64,000 bases of DNA from a virus (IMGVR_UViG_3300044609_000960:1-64000); one strand, 5' to 3'. Shown: positions 9,542 to 18,547, counted from the first letter of the stretch. Program-made: numbers and translations. The notes: generated by a model from the letters alone, not told the origin.

Positions 9542-9589
9542 GTCCTAGAGACTCGGGATTATTCCCCTGTCCCTAGGACCTTTTTTTTT
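9542..9589 (+). terminator. Intrinsic terminator after psbA
   Basis: GTCCTAG...CTAGGAC stem followed by T9. Confidence 0.75.
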
Positions 9590-9596
9590 ATTTAAT

Positions 9597-9920
9597 ATGT
9601 GGCTATTCACCCCTAAAGGATTTATTTCTGTTGTTGCAGATAAAAGCAATGTGAAAGGAGACGGATTGCTTGTCCGAGCAAGAAATAAATCGCATCTAGA
9701 TGAGATTCGTGAATATCTCTCCTGCGATCCGTTTGAAGTCCAGGTTAGTGACTATGCCTGGAGAGCATGGACCACTCGATTGAATATTTCTATGTTTGTT
9801 ATGTCCCATATTGCCTCGATGGATTATACAAACTTTAAAAACGAGATTCATGACCATGAGTATCATGATGCTTGCCTAGGAGTCTGGGAAGAAATGTGGA
9901 AATATCAACATAAACTCTGA
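9597..9920 (+). CDS. Conserved phage hypothetical protein
   Basis: MWLFT..GFISVV...LLVRAR...DYAWRA...YTNFK pattern. Confidence 0.8.
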   Translation: MWLFTPKGFISVVADKSNVKGDGLLVRARNKSHLDEIREYLSCDPFEVQVSDYAWRAWTTRLNISMFVMSHIASMDYTNFKNEIHDHEYHDACLGVWEEMWKYQHKL

Positions 9921-9956
9921 TAAATCGATTAAGTTATCTAATATAGGAGATTATCT

Positions 9957-10196
9957 ATGCAACACTCTATGTACTATTATTACGGACTTCTTATTGTATT
10001 TGGAGTTGTTGCATATATGATCATCGTAGATAAGAACGTAGCAGCATACGTCATCCTTCTTGGCAAACTTGCCAAATTAAAAGTTTCTAGGTTCTGGTTT
10101 TGGTTGAAGTTTTATCCACGTCTTCGCTTTGATACCTTTTGGTTGAAAAGAAAGTCAAAGAAAGTATTAAATGCAATCAAATCAGAACAATCCTAG
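9957..10196 (+). CDS. Small membrane protein
   Basis: GGAG RBS; N-terminal hydrophobic helix. Confidence 0.7.
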   Translation: MQHSMYYYYGLLIVFGVVAYMIIVDKNVAAYVILLGKLAKLKVSRFWFWLKFYPRLRFDTFWLKRKSKKVLNAIKSEQS

Positions 10197-10229
10197 GTTA
10201 AAATATTAAGGTAACTTATAAAGGCCATT

Positions 10230-10403
10230 ATGCTCCAAGAAGAATGGATCGAACTCAATGAAATGCATGCTAAAATCGGTAATAATCGGCTTACTTCTTT
10301 CTCCTCTGATTTTCTGGAGAGATATTCTGAACTTTTCGCAAAATCTCTCCAAGGTAAGGGCGACCCAATTCCCGGCAATGGACCCAACGACCCCTTGGTA
10401 TGA
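10230..10403 (+). CDS. Small hypothetical protein (MLQEEWIELNEM...), absent from ORF track
   Basis: 57-aa ORF read by hand. Confidence 0.6.
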   Translation: MLQEEWIELNEMHAKIGNNRLTSFSSDFLERYSELFAKSLQGKGDPIPGNGPNDPLV

Positions 10404-10509
10404 GTGGCATTCTTACCTAGAGTGCTGTCAGAGTCTCGGTATACAACCCTCATTGAGAAGATTCATGGCATATAACGCCTATTTTAAGGAGGTAATGGCA
10501 AATGTTTAA
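10378..10509 (+). CDS. Small hypothetical protein (MDPTTPWYEW...)
   Basis: Likely true start inside track ORF 10258-10509. Confidence 0.55.
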   Translation: MDPTTPWYEWHSYLECCQSLGIQPSLRRFMAYNAYFKEVMANV

Positions 10510-10656
10510 AACATTATTCCTACTTGGTAATCTATCTAAAAGAATCGATGATATTGAGAAAAAAATTGAGGAAATTCGTTACGATCTCATGATTCTCAAT
10601 ATTAAATCAAGACAAGAACATGAATCACTTAAAGATTTTTTCCTTGGAGAGTAATT

Positions 10657-10875
10657 ATGTATGAAGATCTAAGCGCATTTGAACGTGCATTGGCTCGATT
10701 TGGTGATAAAGTAGCTCTTATTGCCGGATTAGAAATCGCGGATAAAATGTCCCCAGAAGACGCCTATCAAGAGATCAAAAAACTCTATAAAGGTCTAAAG
10801 AAACTACGTAAGAAAGAACGTAGCATCTGGGAATCGGACAATGACTCTGATGATTTTGAATCAAGTGATAACTAA
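10657..10875 (+). CDS. Conserved cyanophage hypothetical protein
   Basis: FERALARFGDKV...AYQEIK pattern; GGAG RBS. Confidence 0.75.
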   Translation: MYEDLSAFERALARFGDKVALIAGLEIADKMSPEDAYQEIKKLYKGLKKLRKKERSIWESDNDSDDFESSDN

Positions 10876-11512
10876 TGTATTCCCTGACTGGAGGATGACC
10901 AATGAGTTCCCCTCCGGTCTTTCTTTTATGGAGACATCGGGTAATGCCACTATAGTCTCTAGGACTTGGGACGGAGATGGGATCAGAAGGGCAAGATTAT
11001 GCCAATTATCCGTCCCAGAAAAGTTTTATGCAGAGACTTTGGTCATTTATCCATGGGAAATGTCCGAGGCGCCTATATTTGGATGCGAATATCTCCGAAT
11101 TGGTGGGAAAAAGTACTTTGGGGGTATCGATTTCCACCCTCTGGCCCAGACTGATGAGTATTTGAGAGAGTACATTGACAATTATCTCGATGATATGCCC
11201 GATACAGAGGCTGAAACCTCAAAGTTTTATGATTTAAAGCAATACTTTTCACAAAAATTTTGGTTTAAGAAGAAAGGATATGATTTTTATAACAATTTTT
11301 ACTCAACCGCGGAAGAATATCTGGTAAGATATAAGCTTCTACTCGAGGAGATGGAACCAACCCACTCCATGTTAGGACTTCATAAGAAATATGACCTTCA
11401 TATGGGGGATCATGATCCAGCTCATGGGATCTTAAAGGCTTATTTCTCTGAAAAATTTGCTGATTTTTACATTAGAAAGTTTCTTTTTAACTTAATGGAC
11501 GAGGATTTATGA
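10841..11512 (+). CDS. Ferredoxin-dependent bilin reductase, PebA-like
   Basis: IYP..PIFG, DFHPL, YDLKQYFS, YD....HDPAHG...F...FLF match the PebA/FDBR fold. Confidence 0.8.
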   Translation: MTLMILNQVITNVFPDWRMTNEFPSGLSFMETSGNATIVSRTWDGDGIRRARLCQLSVPEKFYAETLVIYPWEMSEAPIFGCEYLRIGGKKYFGGIDFHPLAQTDEYLREYIDNYLDDMPDTEAETSKFYDLKQYFSQKFWFKKKGYDFYNNFYSTAEEYLVRYKLLLEEMEPTHSMLGLHKKYDLHMGDHDPAHGILKAYFSEKFADFYIRKFLFNLMDEDL

Positions 11513-11910
11513 AAGTTATTGTACGATCTGATATTTACGCTCAAATTAAGCCTAAAAAGGTCCTCGAGTTACGTGAATTGGTTAATTCACCTGATAAACA
11601 TTCATATTACTCATTTAAAAACAACGTATCTAATGGATGTGGGTATGATCTCGATCTAGGTGAGCAAGTTTTATACGCTGCCAAGGCTCTTAGATTTACC
11701 AATACAGAAGTCCTCGCTTTTCTAGAAAAATCTATTAAAATCGTAGAAAATACAGAACAATATACTGAATATCTGCTTAATGATACCTTTGGAGAGAAAA
11801 AATTTGTAATAAATCCTCCAGGGACTATTAGATTTTACTCACAAGATCTAATTTGTTTTTATAATGGAAAAAACTGGAGAAAACTTGACAAATCAACTGT
11901 TCACATTTAA
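11509..11910 (+). CDS. Hypothetical protein
   Basis: 133-aa ORF, ATGA overlap. Confidence 0.65.
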   Translation: MKVIVRSDIYAQIKPKKVLELRELVNSPDKHSYYSFKNNVSNGCGYDLDLGEQVLYAAKALRFTNTEVLAFLEKSIKIVENTEQYTEYLLNDTFGEKKFVINPPGTIRFYSQDLICFYNGKNWRKLDKSTVHI

Positions 11911-12694
11911 GTATCCAGGCCGAGAACCCAAATTTCTTGATGAATTTTTAATTCAAAGACCGGATATATTAGATTTCTATATCTATGATGTGAATTTAAC
12001 CACAGGGAGTCTTTTATACCAATCTAAGGGCGGAATTGGGGTGACAAAAGAGCCATATATAGCAAAAATGCATCAGTGGATAAAAACATCTACGGTTTCA
12101 TCCACCTTGTCCCATGCATATACAACTAGATTTAGAGATGATATCGGTAAATGGCGATATATAAAACTCAAAGAGCAATTTAATGAATACGATGATAAAT
12201 TAAGTACGTGGGAGAGATGTGCAGAACTCTATTTACTATGGGTCGGGTCCAATTTTACTCATAGGTATAGAGATAAAGGATATGATGGTATATTTTTCCC
12301 TACAAAGCTTAAAACCGACCAACTTATAAACGCTTCGCTTATAAGTCGCGAGAAAAACCTACTTTTTAGGGAAGAGGATTTCTTTTCCTTTAGAGAAGGT
12401 GTGATAAATGATAATGTTATAATATACGCGCATCTTCCAAGAGAATATGGACGTTTTGGGGCCGGATGGATGTGGAATGAAGCCAAATTCCGCCAATTTA
12501 TAAGAGTTATTAATGAACTCTCAAGCTTAAAAAGGAAAGTATTAATATCCGCCTCATATGAGTTAAGAGGGAGAGTAGATATAGATTATAAACAATATTT
12601 TAAAGAAATGGACCATCTAGTAATTCCAGAGTTTAAAGAATCTAGATTACTCGCTGGTGCTAGTAACTCAGATATATACCTTTTTAACTTTTAA
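11864..12694 (+). CDS. Degenerate Dam-like (D12-class) adenine methyltransferase homolog
   Basis: FKYPG start, DFF...IIYAHLPREY at the DPPY position, W....F...INEL....KVLIS; size matches Dam. Confidence 0.55.
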   Translation: MEKTGENLTNQLFTFKYPGREPKFLDEFLIQRPDILDFYIYDVNLTTGSLLYQSKGGIGVTKEPYIAKMHQWIKTSTVSSTLSHAYTTRFRDDIGKWRYIKLKEQFNEYDDKLSTWERCAELYLLWVGSNFTHRYRDKGYDGIFFPTKLKTDQLINASLISREKNLLFREEDFFSFREGVINDNVIIYAHLPREYGRFGAGWMWNEAKFRQFIRVINELSSLKRKVLISASYELRGRVDIDYKQYFKEMDHLVIPEFKESRLLAGASNSDIYLFNF

Positions 12695-12695
12695 C

Positions 12696-13022
12696 ATGGG
12701 AAAGCATTTTTTACTCAATATTTATGGCGTCGATGCCCTATTACTAACCGAGATGGACGGTTTTATAGATTTCATCAGACCCATGTTAGATGAATGTATG
12801 GCAGAGGTTGTAGGCGAATCATCTCATAAATTCGAGCCTGGAGGGTATACGTATCTGGCCCTACTTAGCACATCCCATTTCTCAATTCATACTTGGCCAG
12901 AGGATAATTGCGCAGCAATTGATATGTTCTCATGTGGCGAAATACTTTCCGACGCTTTAATTTCTTATGTGGTTAAATATTTCTCTCCAGAGAACTATGA
13001 TATTAAAATGATCAAACGATGA
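12696..13022 (+). CDS. speD: Pyruvoyl-dependent S-adenosylmethionine decarboxylase family proenzyme
   Basis: MGKH, HKFEPGG, LSTSHFSIHTWPE, DMFSCG. Confidence 0.9.
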   Translation: MGKHFLLNIYGVDALLLTEMDGFIDFIRPMLDECMAEVVGESSHKFEPGGYTYLALLSTSHFSIHTWPEDNCAAIDMFSCGEILSDALISYVVKYFSPENYDIKMIKR

Positions 13023-13051
13023 TATAATATATGGGTAATTAATTGCATACT

Positions 13052-13195
13052 ATGGCAAGAGTCACCATCAAAAACGGCAAAAAACTTATTCTAACTGTTC
13101 CTAAGTCCACTCGCCAAGGACGTTCACGTAATACAAAATTGGCCGCTACTAGTCGTAACGGCGCAAAGAAGAGATATAGAGGTCAAGGACGTTAA
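13052..13195 (+). CDS. Small very basic protein (KSTRQG...AATSRN...YRGQGR), absent from ORF track
   Basis: 47-aa ORF read by hand; TGATATAAT upstream. Confidence 0.7.
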   Translation: MARVTIKNGKKLILTVPKSTRQGRSRNTKLAATSRNGAKKRYRGQGR

Positions 13196-13203
13196 GTCCT
13201 ATT

Positions 13204-14868
13204 TTATTCCGCCATAGTGGTACGCATAACGCGTACTTCTATTTCGGCATTATTTGCCACTGTTTCGGAAGTGGGGGTAAGAGTTAAGATAACATTGCCC
13301 CCAGATATAGCAGCATCAAGAAGACCAACTATCGAGGAACTATATACCGAAGCATATTCTGTCATATAGACAGTTGAACCTGCGTGAAGAAGTAGGACCT
13401 CTGCTGAATGGTAATTAGATCCCTGCTTCATTTGAACTAAATACTTACCAGTTACAAAAGACGTAGAAGAATAAGAACTAATAGTAGAAGTCACACTGGA
13501 TCCAGCAATAATAGTTACTAAGGAAGTTTGTAACTGTGCGTTTTGCTCATAAGTACCAGTACCATTAGGAGCTGCTTCTAGAGTGATTGAATCTTCTACA
13601 CTTGCGGTTCCGTTAAAAGTGGCAGATCCTTCTATAGTTAGACTTCCAGCAGCTACTATGTCGCCGTCTTTATCTACACTGAACTTACTTGCAGAACCGA
13701 CTTGAAGATCTAATAAGAGAGAATCACTTGCTGAAGATACATCAGTTACATCTACCTTAATAGCTGTTTCAAGATTTCCAGATGTAAAGGAAATATTACT
13801 AGTAATTTCTCCTAAAGCATCAATAGAGAAGTTCTTTCCTGCACCTCCAGAAATATTTAGGAGCTTAGATCCTGCAGCAAAGGAGGTCTCTGTGATTTGA
13901 AGATCAATTCCAGTATATACTATTGAATTACTAGTCCAATCAGCTGATCCGTAGATAACTGTATCTTCAGATACTCCAGCGACTGTTAATGCAGCTTCAA
14001 TAGTACCGGTGTTAATAGCTAAAGCACCATCTTTACGAACTAAAAACTTAGGTAAAGAACCTACCGATATATTGATTAGTTCAGATGAGGAAGCTGAACC
14101 AGAATCTGTAACATTAGCATCAATTAATGAGAATGTCGTTGATATATCATTCCAAGTTTGTGATATATCAATAGCTGGAGTAGATGCAGTTAATGCAGCT
14201 GTTGGTTGAAGTTTGATATACTTAACTTCAACACCACCCTTAGTTCCAGTAAAGATAGGGGAGGAGGAATCGGAAGTAGAGGAAGAACCGGAGTAAGTTG
14301 CATCAAGTAGGAACGTAAAGTTTCCAGTTGAGTCTTGATAACCAAAGAATCCTTTCTTTGCAGTAGAACTTACGTAATTAAATTCAATACCAAGATCTTG
14401 ATCTAGATCTCTGAGGGGATTTAAAGTAAAAGAATCACCACCAACAGAAGATTCAGATAATCCTGTTATCTGAGTACCTCCCAAAGATGTAGAGATCGTA
14501 ATAGTTCTGTAGTTCGAACTGGTCGGATCTATTTCCTTATTAATAACATAATAAGTAGTTCCAGTTGTAAGACCAGTAATATCGCCAGAGTTATAAGTAA
14601 TTGCATCTCCAATGGCAATATCACTAAATGCTTCGGCAGAGAATTTAATTCTATCTCCTACCAATGCTTCTGTTGCAATAGTTTGACCAGCATTTCCTAG
14701 ACTGATAACTGGGTCAATAGACGAAATAGTTCTTGTATCGACAATAGTCGACACACCACGTACGGTTAGATCATTTACCGTAACATTTCTATTTCCGTCA
14801 ACAAACGGTAAGCCATTTACGCTAATACCGTGTTTTACATCAAATTTTTTGTAAGTGGCTGTAGCCAT
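13204..14868 (-). CDS. Tail fibre / virion structural protein
   Basis: S/T/G-rich; N-terminal FDVKHGI; C-terminal KYLVQ...EVLLLH...TEYA domain shared with 60899-62908. Confidence 0.75.
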   Translation of the reverse strand: MATATYKKFDVKHGISVNGLPFVDGNRNVTVNDLTVRGVSTIVDTRTISSIDPVISLGNAGQTIATEALVGDRIKFSAEAFSDIAIGDAITYNSGDITGLTTGTTYYVINKEIDPTSSNYRTITISTSLGGTQITGLSESSVGGDSFTLNPLRDLDQDLGIEFNYVSSTAKKGFFGYQDSTGNFTFLLDATYSGSSSTSDSSSPIFTGTKGGVEVKYIKLQPTAALTASTPAIDISQTWNDISTTFSLIDANVTDSGSASSSELINISVGSLPKFLVRKDGALAINTGTIEAALTVAGVSEDTVIYGSADWTSNSIVYTGIDLQITETSFAAGSKLLNISGGAGKNFSIDALGEITSNISFTSGNLETAIKVDVTDVSSASDSLLLDLQVGSASKFSVDKDGDIVAAGSLTIEGSATFNGTASVEDSITLEAAPNGTGTYEQNAQLQTSLVTIIAGSSVTSTISSYSSTSFVTGKYLVQMKQGSNYHSAEVLLLHAGSTVYMTEYASVYSSSIVGLLDAAISGGNVILTLTPTSETVANNAEIEVRVMRTTMAE

Positions 14869-14959
14869 AACAACTTATGCTCTATATCTCTTGTATCTTT
14901 AAACTAGAGATAATTATGGAATTTACCTGGTATAATTGTTTAGTAATCTAAAGATTTTT

Positions 14960-15382
14960 ATGTATTTTGCAGCAGCAATCCAAGCAGTAAATGCAGGTTT
15001 GAAAAAAAGTAATGAAATTGGTACCAAGATGAACATCGCAGTTGTCGATCGTGGTGGGAATTTGGTTGCCTTCGCCCGTGAAGATGGGGCATGGGTGGGA
15101 AGCGTGGATATTTCTATTAAGAAAGCTCGCACAGCAACATTTTTTGACATGGAGACCCAAGAAATTGGAAAACTATCTCAACCGGGTGGTAGTCTGTATA
15201 ATATTGAACATTCTAACGATGGTCTTATTACTTTTCCTGGCGGGGTCCCTCTAACTACTCCAGATGGTGTTATTCTTGGTGGTGTAGGTGTTTCCGGCTC
15301 GACAGTAGAGGATGATTTTGCGGTGGCCCAAGCAGCAGTTGAAGGTTTCAAGACTGCTTTTGTTGAAACAACCGAAAATTAA
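14960..15382 (+). CDS. GlcG/HbpS-family heme-binding protein
   Basis: [32 protein letters not shown]...EDD. Confidence 0.88.
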   Translation: MYFAAAIQAVNAGLKKSNEIGTKMNIAVVDRGGNLVAFAREDGAWVGSVDISIKKARTATFFDMETQEIGKLSQPGGSLYNIEHSNDGLITFPGGVPLTTPDGVILGGVGVSGSTVEDDFAVAQAAVEGFKTAFVETTEN

Positions 15383-15415
15383 GGTTAAAGATATGGGACT
15401 TTAACGTCCCTTTCT

Positions 15416-15492
15416 GCCACTATAGCTCAGCTGGATAGAGCAACGGTTTTGTAAACCGTAGGTCGTCGGTTCAAGTCCGACTTGTGGCTCCA
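15416..15492 (+). tRNA. tRNA-Thr(TGT), CCA encoded
   Basis: Cloverleaf; anticodon loop TT-TGT-AA; T-loop TTCAAGT. Confidence 0.92.
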
Positions 15493-15566
15493 CGGGATAT
15501 AGCGCAGCTTGGTAGCGCGGATGCTTTGGGAGCATTAGGTCGCGGGTTCGAATCCTGCTATCCCGA
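15493..15566 (+). tRNA. tRNA-Pro(TGG)
   Basis: CGGGATA/TATCCCG acceptor; loop TT-TGG-GA. Confidence 0.93.
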
Positions 15567-15570
15567 TATT

Positions 15571-16245
15571 ATGGAACTAAATAGACGTTACTTTGGTAAA
15601 ACTATTGTTTTTTGCCTTCCAGGATCTCATTATTCTGGGAGGTTTTTAGTACGATTTACTCAACTCCTACTAGATTGTAGACAAATTGGAATAAATACTA
15701 TCATCTCCCAAGACTATAGTTCCATGGTTAACTACGCTAGGTGTAAAGTAATGGGTGCAAATGTCACCCGTGGCAAGTACCAAGTTCCATTTGGAGGGGC
15801 AATAGAATATGACTACATGATGTGGATTGATAGTGATATTGCATTCACCTCAGCGGATTTTTTTAAACTCCTTGAGCAGGACAGAGATATAGTCTCTGGT
15901 TGGTATATTCAACCCGGAGGATTAACTCCTATTGTTGAAAAAATGGATGATGAATATTTCAAATCTCATGGATATTTTGAATTTATCTCCGAAGATGCCA
16001 TGAGTAAACGTAATTCGCTATTTAAAGCTGATTATGTTGGTTTTGGTTGGGTGCTAATAAAACGAGGCGTGTTTGAATCCATCTCCTATCCATGGTTTGC
16101 GCCAAAACTTATAAAAATAGGTGAAGATTTAGAAGATGTATGTTCAGAAGATGTCTCCTTCTGCATCGATGCAAAAAATGCTGGTTATGACATATGGGTT
16201 GATCCAAAAATCCGAGTGGGCCATGAAAAGGTATTGACCATCTGA
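15571..16245 (+). CDS. GT-A fold glycosyltransferase (cyanophage type)
   Basis: YDYMMWIDSDI (DxD), VGFGWVLIKRGVFE, SEDVSFC, VGHEK; true start lies after tRNA-Pro. Confidence 0.85.
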   Translation: MELNRRYFGKTIVFCLPGSHYSGRFLVRFTQLLLDCRQIGINTIISQDYSSMVNYARCKVMGANVTRGKYQVPFGGAIEYDYMMWIDSDIAFTSADFFKLLEQDRDIVSGWYIQPGGLTPIVEKMDDEYFKSHGYFEFISEDAMSKRNSLFKADYVGFGWVLIKRGVFESISYPWFAPKLIKIGEDLEDVCSEDVSFCIDAKNAGYDIWVDPKIRVGHEKVLTI

Positions 16246-16262
16246 GGATTTTCTGATAGAAT
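16234..16262 (+). promoter_or_regulatory. sigma70-type promoter for tRNA-Arg/Gly
   Basis: TTGACC-17-TAGAAT with extended TG. Confidence 0.65.
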
Positions 16263-16274
16263 ATAGAGGTCAAT

Positions 16275-16348
16275 GTCTCAATAGCTCAGATGGATAGAGC
16301 ATCTGCCTTCTAAGCAGTTTGTCGGGGGTTCAAGTCCCTCTTGAGACG
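16275..16348 (+). tRNA. tRNA-Arg(TCT)
   Basis: GTCTCAA/TTGAGAC acceptor; loop CT-TCT-AA. Confidence 0.93.
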
Positions 16349-16352
16349 CCTC

Positions 16353-16424
16353 GCGGGGTTAGTTCAGCGGTAGAACGCTATCCTTCCAAGTTAGATGTCG
16401 TCGGTTCGATTCCGATACCCCGCT
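16353..16424 (+). tRNA. tRNA-Gly(TCC)
   Basis: GCGGGGT/ACCCCGC acceptor; loop CT-TCC-AA. Confidence 0.92.
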
Positions 16425-16479
16425 TGAGAAGAGACAATAAGTCCCTCTTCTCTTTTGTTCTTACAATTATTAAGAAAGT

Positions 16480-17337
16480 ATGAAAAAACTCGTCTCAGCT
16501 ATCGGTGCACTCGGCATAATCGCCCCTGGTGTTGCCACTGCAGCTCCTCAAGGTCAATTCCCCGATGTCCAGCCGACCAACTGGGCGTATCAGGCAATCA
16601 TGAACCTCAAGGATAAGTATGGTTGCGCTGTTGGATTCCCCAATGGTACTTTCCAGCCCGGCGAACCTACCACTCGTGCTCAACTTGCTGCTCTGACTAA
16701 TGCTTGTCTCGATCGCATCGAGGAATATGCAGATGCAAAAGATGCTGCACTTGCTCAGGCTCTCCGTGCCCAATTCGCTGGCGTTGATACTCGTGTAACT
16801 AAACTTGAGCGTATTGCTGCTCAAAAAGCCCAAGGTGTTAACAACTACCTAGGTGCTGGCGTTCTTCTGAATAAGCAAGGTATTGATGGCAATGGTTATA
16901 CTGAAAACCGTACTATCTCTGGTGGTACTGTCCAAGGTCGTTACGCTGTAAAGACCTTTAATAACCAAAATGCTGTTTCTGTCCGTCCTTATGCTAATTT
17001 CGTTGGCACTCCTGCCGGTGAGATTGGAGCAGCAGGTGGTGGTCTTCTCTCTTATGACTGGAGTATCGCCCGTAAAGCTGGCGTAAGCGCCGCTAATATC
17101 TACACCGGTGTCGGTTACCAAGTTCCTTTTGTGAATAATACCGCAGCCAATTTCCAATCTGCTATTGGTGAAAAAGGCCAAGTAATTCTTGCCTTGGGCA
17201 TCGAAGGTCGTCTGACCAATTCCTTGGTTGGTTTTGCTGATCTCAAGTTCCCTACCACCAATGCTTCTAATAGCTACGGTGCAACCAATGGTACCTATTC
17301 CCCTGTATTCACTACTGGTCTCGGTTTCAAATTCTGA
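16480..17337 (+). CDS. SLH-domain outer-membrane beta-barrel protein (cyanobacterial porin-like)
   Basis: Signal peptide; FPDVQPTNWAYQAI...YGC..GFPNGTF...TRAQLAA..NACLD; C-terminal GLGFKF. Confidence 0.85.
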   Translation: MKKLVSAIGALGIIAPGVATAAPQGQFPDVQPTNWAYQAIMNLKDKYGCAVGFPNGTFQPGEPTTRAQLAALTNACLDRIEEYADAKDAALAQALRAQFAGVDTRVTKLERIAAQKAQGVNNYLGAGVLLNKQGIDGNGYTENRTISGGTVQGRYAVKTFNNQNAVSVRPYANFVGTPAGEIGAAGGGLLSYDWSIARKAGVSAANIYTGVGYQVPFVNNTAANFQSAIGEKGQVILALGIEGRLTNSLVGFADLKFPTTNASNSYGATNGTYSPVFTTGLGFKF

Positions 17338-17555
17338 TGACCGTTACCACGAATGAATTTGGCCAACAGAATATGTTTGCCAAAGAACCTGAAATGTACA
17401 TCGATCCTATCATTACAGAACAAATGGAAAAAGAAACTTACCAGACTCATAACGAACGTGCAGAGATGCTTAATGGCCGATTTGCCATGCTTGGTATCGT
17501 TGCAGCATTTGGCGCCTATGCCTTAACCGGGCAGATCATTCCTGGCATTTGGTGA
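17337..17555 (+). CDS. hli: High-light-inducible protein
   Basis: AEMLNGRFAMLG...LTGQIIPGIW. Confidence 0.95.
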   Translation: MTVTTNEFGQQNMFAKEPEMYIDPIITEQMEKETYQTHNERAEMLNGRFAMLGIVAAFGAYALTGQIIPGIW

Positions 17556-17641
17556 TGGGTGAAGTTATCTTCACTATAACGAGCATCAGTTTCCTGGTGC
17601 TCCTTTTTCACTCCGTGAATGAATTGGCTAAGACCTACTAA
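17555..17641 (+). CDS. 28-aa hydrophobic peptide coupled to hli
   Basis: TGATG overlap; MGEVIFTITSISFLVLLFHSVNELAKTY. Confidence 0.6.
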   Translation: MGEVIFTITSISFLVLLFHSVNELAKTY

Positions 17642-17657
17642 TTGAGTAGGTTTTTCT

Positions 17658-17741
17658 GGAGAGGTGGCCGAGTGGTTGATGGCAGCAGTCTTGAAAACTG
17701 CCGTGTGATGAGCACCGTGGGTTCGAATCCCACCCTCTCCG
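17658..17741 (+). tRNA. tRNA-Ser(TGA)
   Basis: GGAGAGG/CCTCTCC acceptor, long variable arm, loop CT-TGA-AA. Confidence 0.93.
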
Positions 17742-17805
17742 TTAAACATAAAAGGTTGTTTGTTTAAAGATATATTCGAGAATAGTTGTATCAAGAGATA
17801 CTCAA

Positions 17806-18222
17806 ATGGCAAGTCCGTTCCGTGGCTCAGACGTAAGACTGGCCGTATTAGAAGAAAAACTTGATGTATACGAGGAACTGTCCAGAGAAATGCTTTCAAA
17901 ACTCGAAGCGGCAGTAGATAAGATTTCGGAAGCAAATCAGAATGTAGCCAAGATTCTTGTCCGTCATGAGGAACGTCTAGATCAAACCATCCAATCTGAC
18001 ACAGCAATCATGAAACTTTTGGATGAAATTAAAATCAAACATCAAACAGATATTTCTCATACAGAAACAGAAATAAGTAACCTAAAAACAAGATTTGATG
18101 AGTTATCTAAATTTCGTTGGATATTCGCCGGTGTTCTTTTAGTCGTTGGGGTTATTGCCGGTCAAGTAAACGTTCTTGAGTCCATGTTCCCCTCTGTTCC
18201 GTCGATGCATAACACTAGATGA
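17806..18222 (+). CDS. Coiled-coil protein with C-terminal transmembrane helix
   Basis: RLAVLEEKL...LVRHEERL; FRWIFAGVLLVVGVI; GTTTAAAG upstream. Confidence 0.75.
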   Translation: MASPFRGSDVRLAVLEEKLDVYEELSREMLSKLEAAVDKISEANQNVAKILVRHEERLDQTIQSDTAIMKLLDEIKIKHQTDISHTETEISNLKTRFDELSKFRWIFAGVLLVVGVIAGQVNVLESMFPSVPSMHNTR

Positions 18223-18306
18223 GAGGGAAAAGGATCGGGTTCATATATCACAAAACTTGGAAAACTGGTATAATACAATGTGTATCAGTTGACTTCCCAG
18301 GTCATT

Positions 18307-18471
18307 ATGCTATTTTTATTGTCAAAGACTCCACTGGCGCAGTTATCCCCGTGGATTCACGAGATGCTTCATACATATAGAGTTGGAATTACGGGGGTCT
18401 TAAGTTTCCTCTTGATATTTGTTCCGATCTATGGTATAATGGTCATACATCGGGATTCCAATTCAGATTGA
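18307..18471 (+). CDS. Small membrane protein
   Basis: Hydrophobic C-terminal half; TGGTATAAT upstream. Confidence 0.5.
   Translation: MLFLLSKTPLAQLSPWIHEMLHTYRVGITGVLSFLLIFVPIYGIMVIHRDSNSD
18412..18440 (+). promoter_or_regulatory. Promoter of the main tRNA/ncRNA array
   Basis: TTGATA-17-TATAAT with extended TG. Confidence 0.7.
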
Positions 18472-18475
18472 TTTT

Positions 18476-18547
18476 GGGACTGTCGCCTATTGGTTAAGGC
18501 CCACTGCTTATAACGGTGTGAACGGAGTTCAATTCTCCGCAGTCCTA
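18476..18547 (+). tRNA. tRNA-Ile(TAT)
   Basis: GGGACTG/CAGTCCT acceptor; CACTG-CTTATAA-CGGTG anticodon arm. Confidence 0.88.

Noticed and set aside
10258-10509. 83-aa ORF as a single gene
   Set aside because: Better explained by two short overlapping genes, 10230-10403 and 10378-10509
15484-15570. N-terminal extension of the glycosyltransferase
   Set aside because: Overlaps tRNA-Thr/Pro; ATG at 15571 is the plausible start
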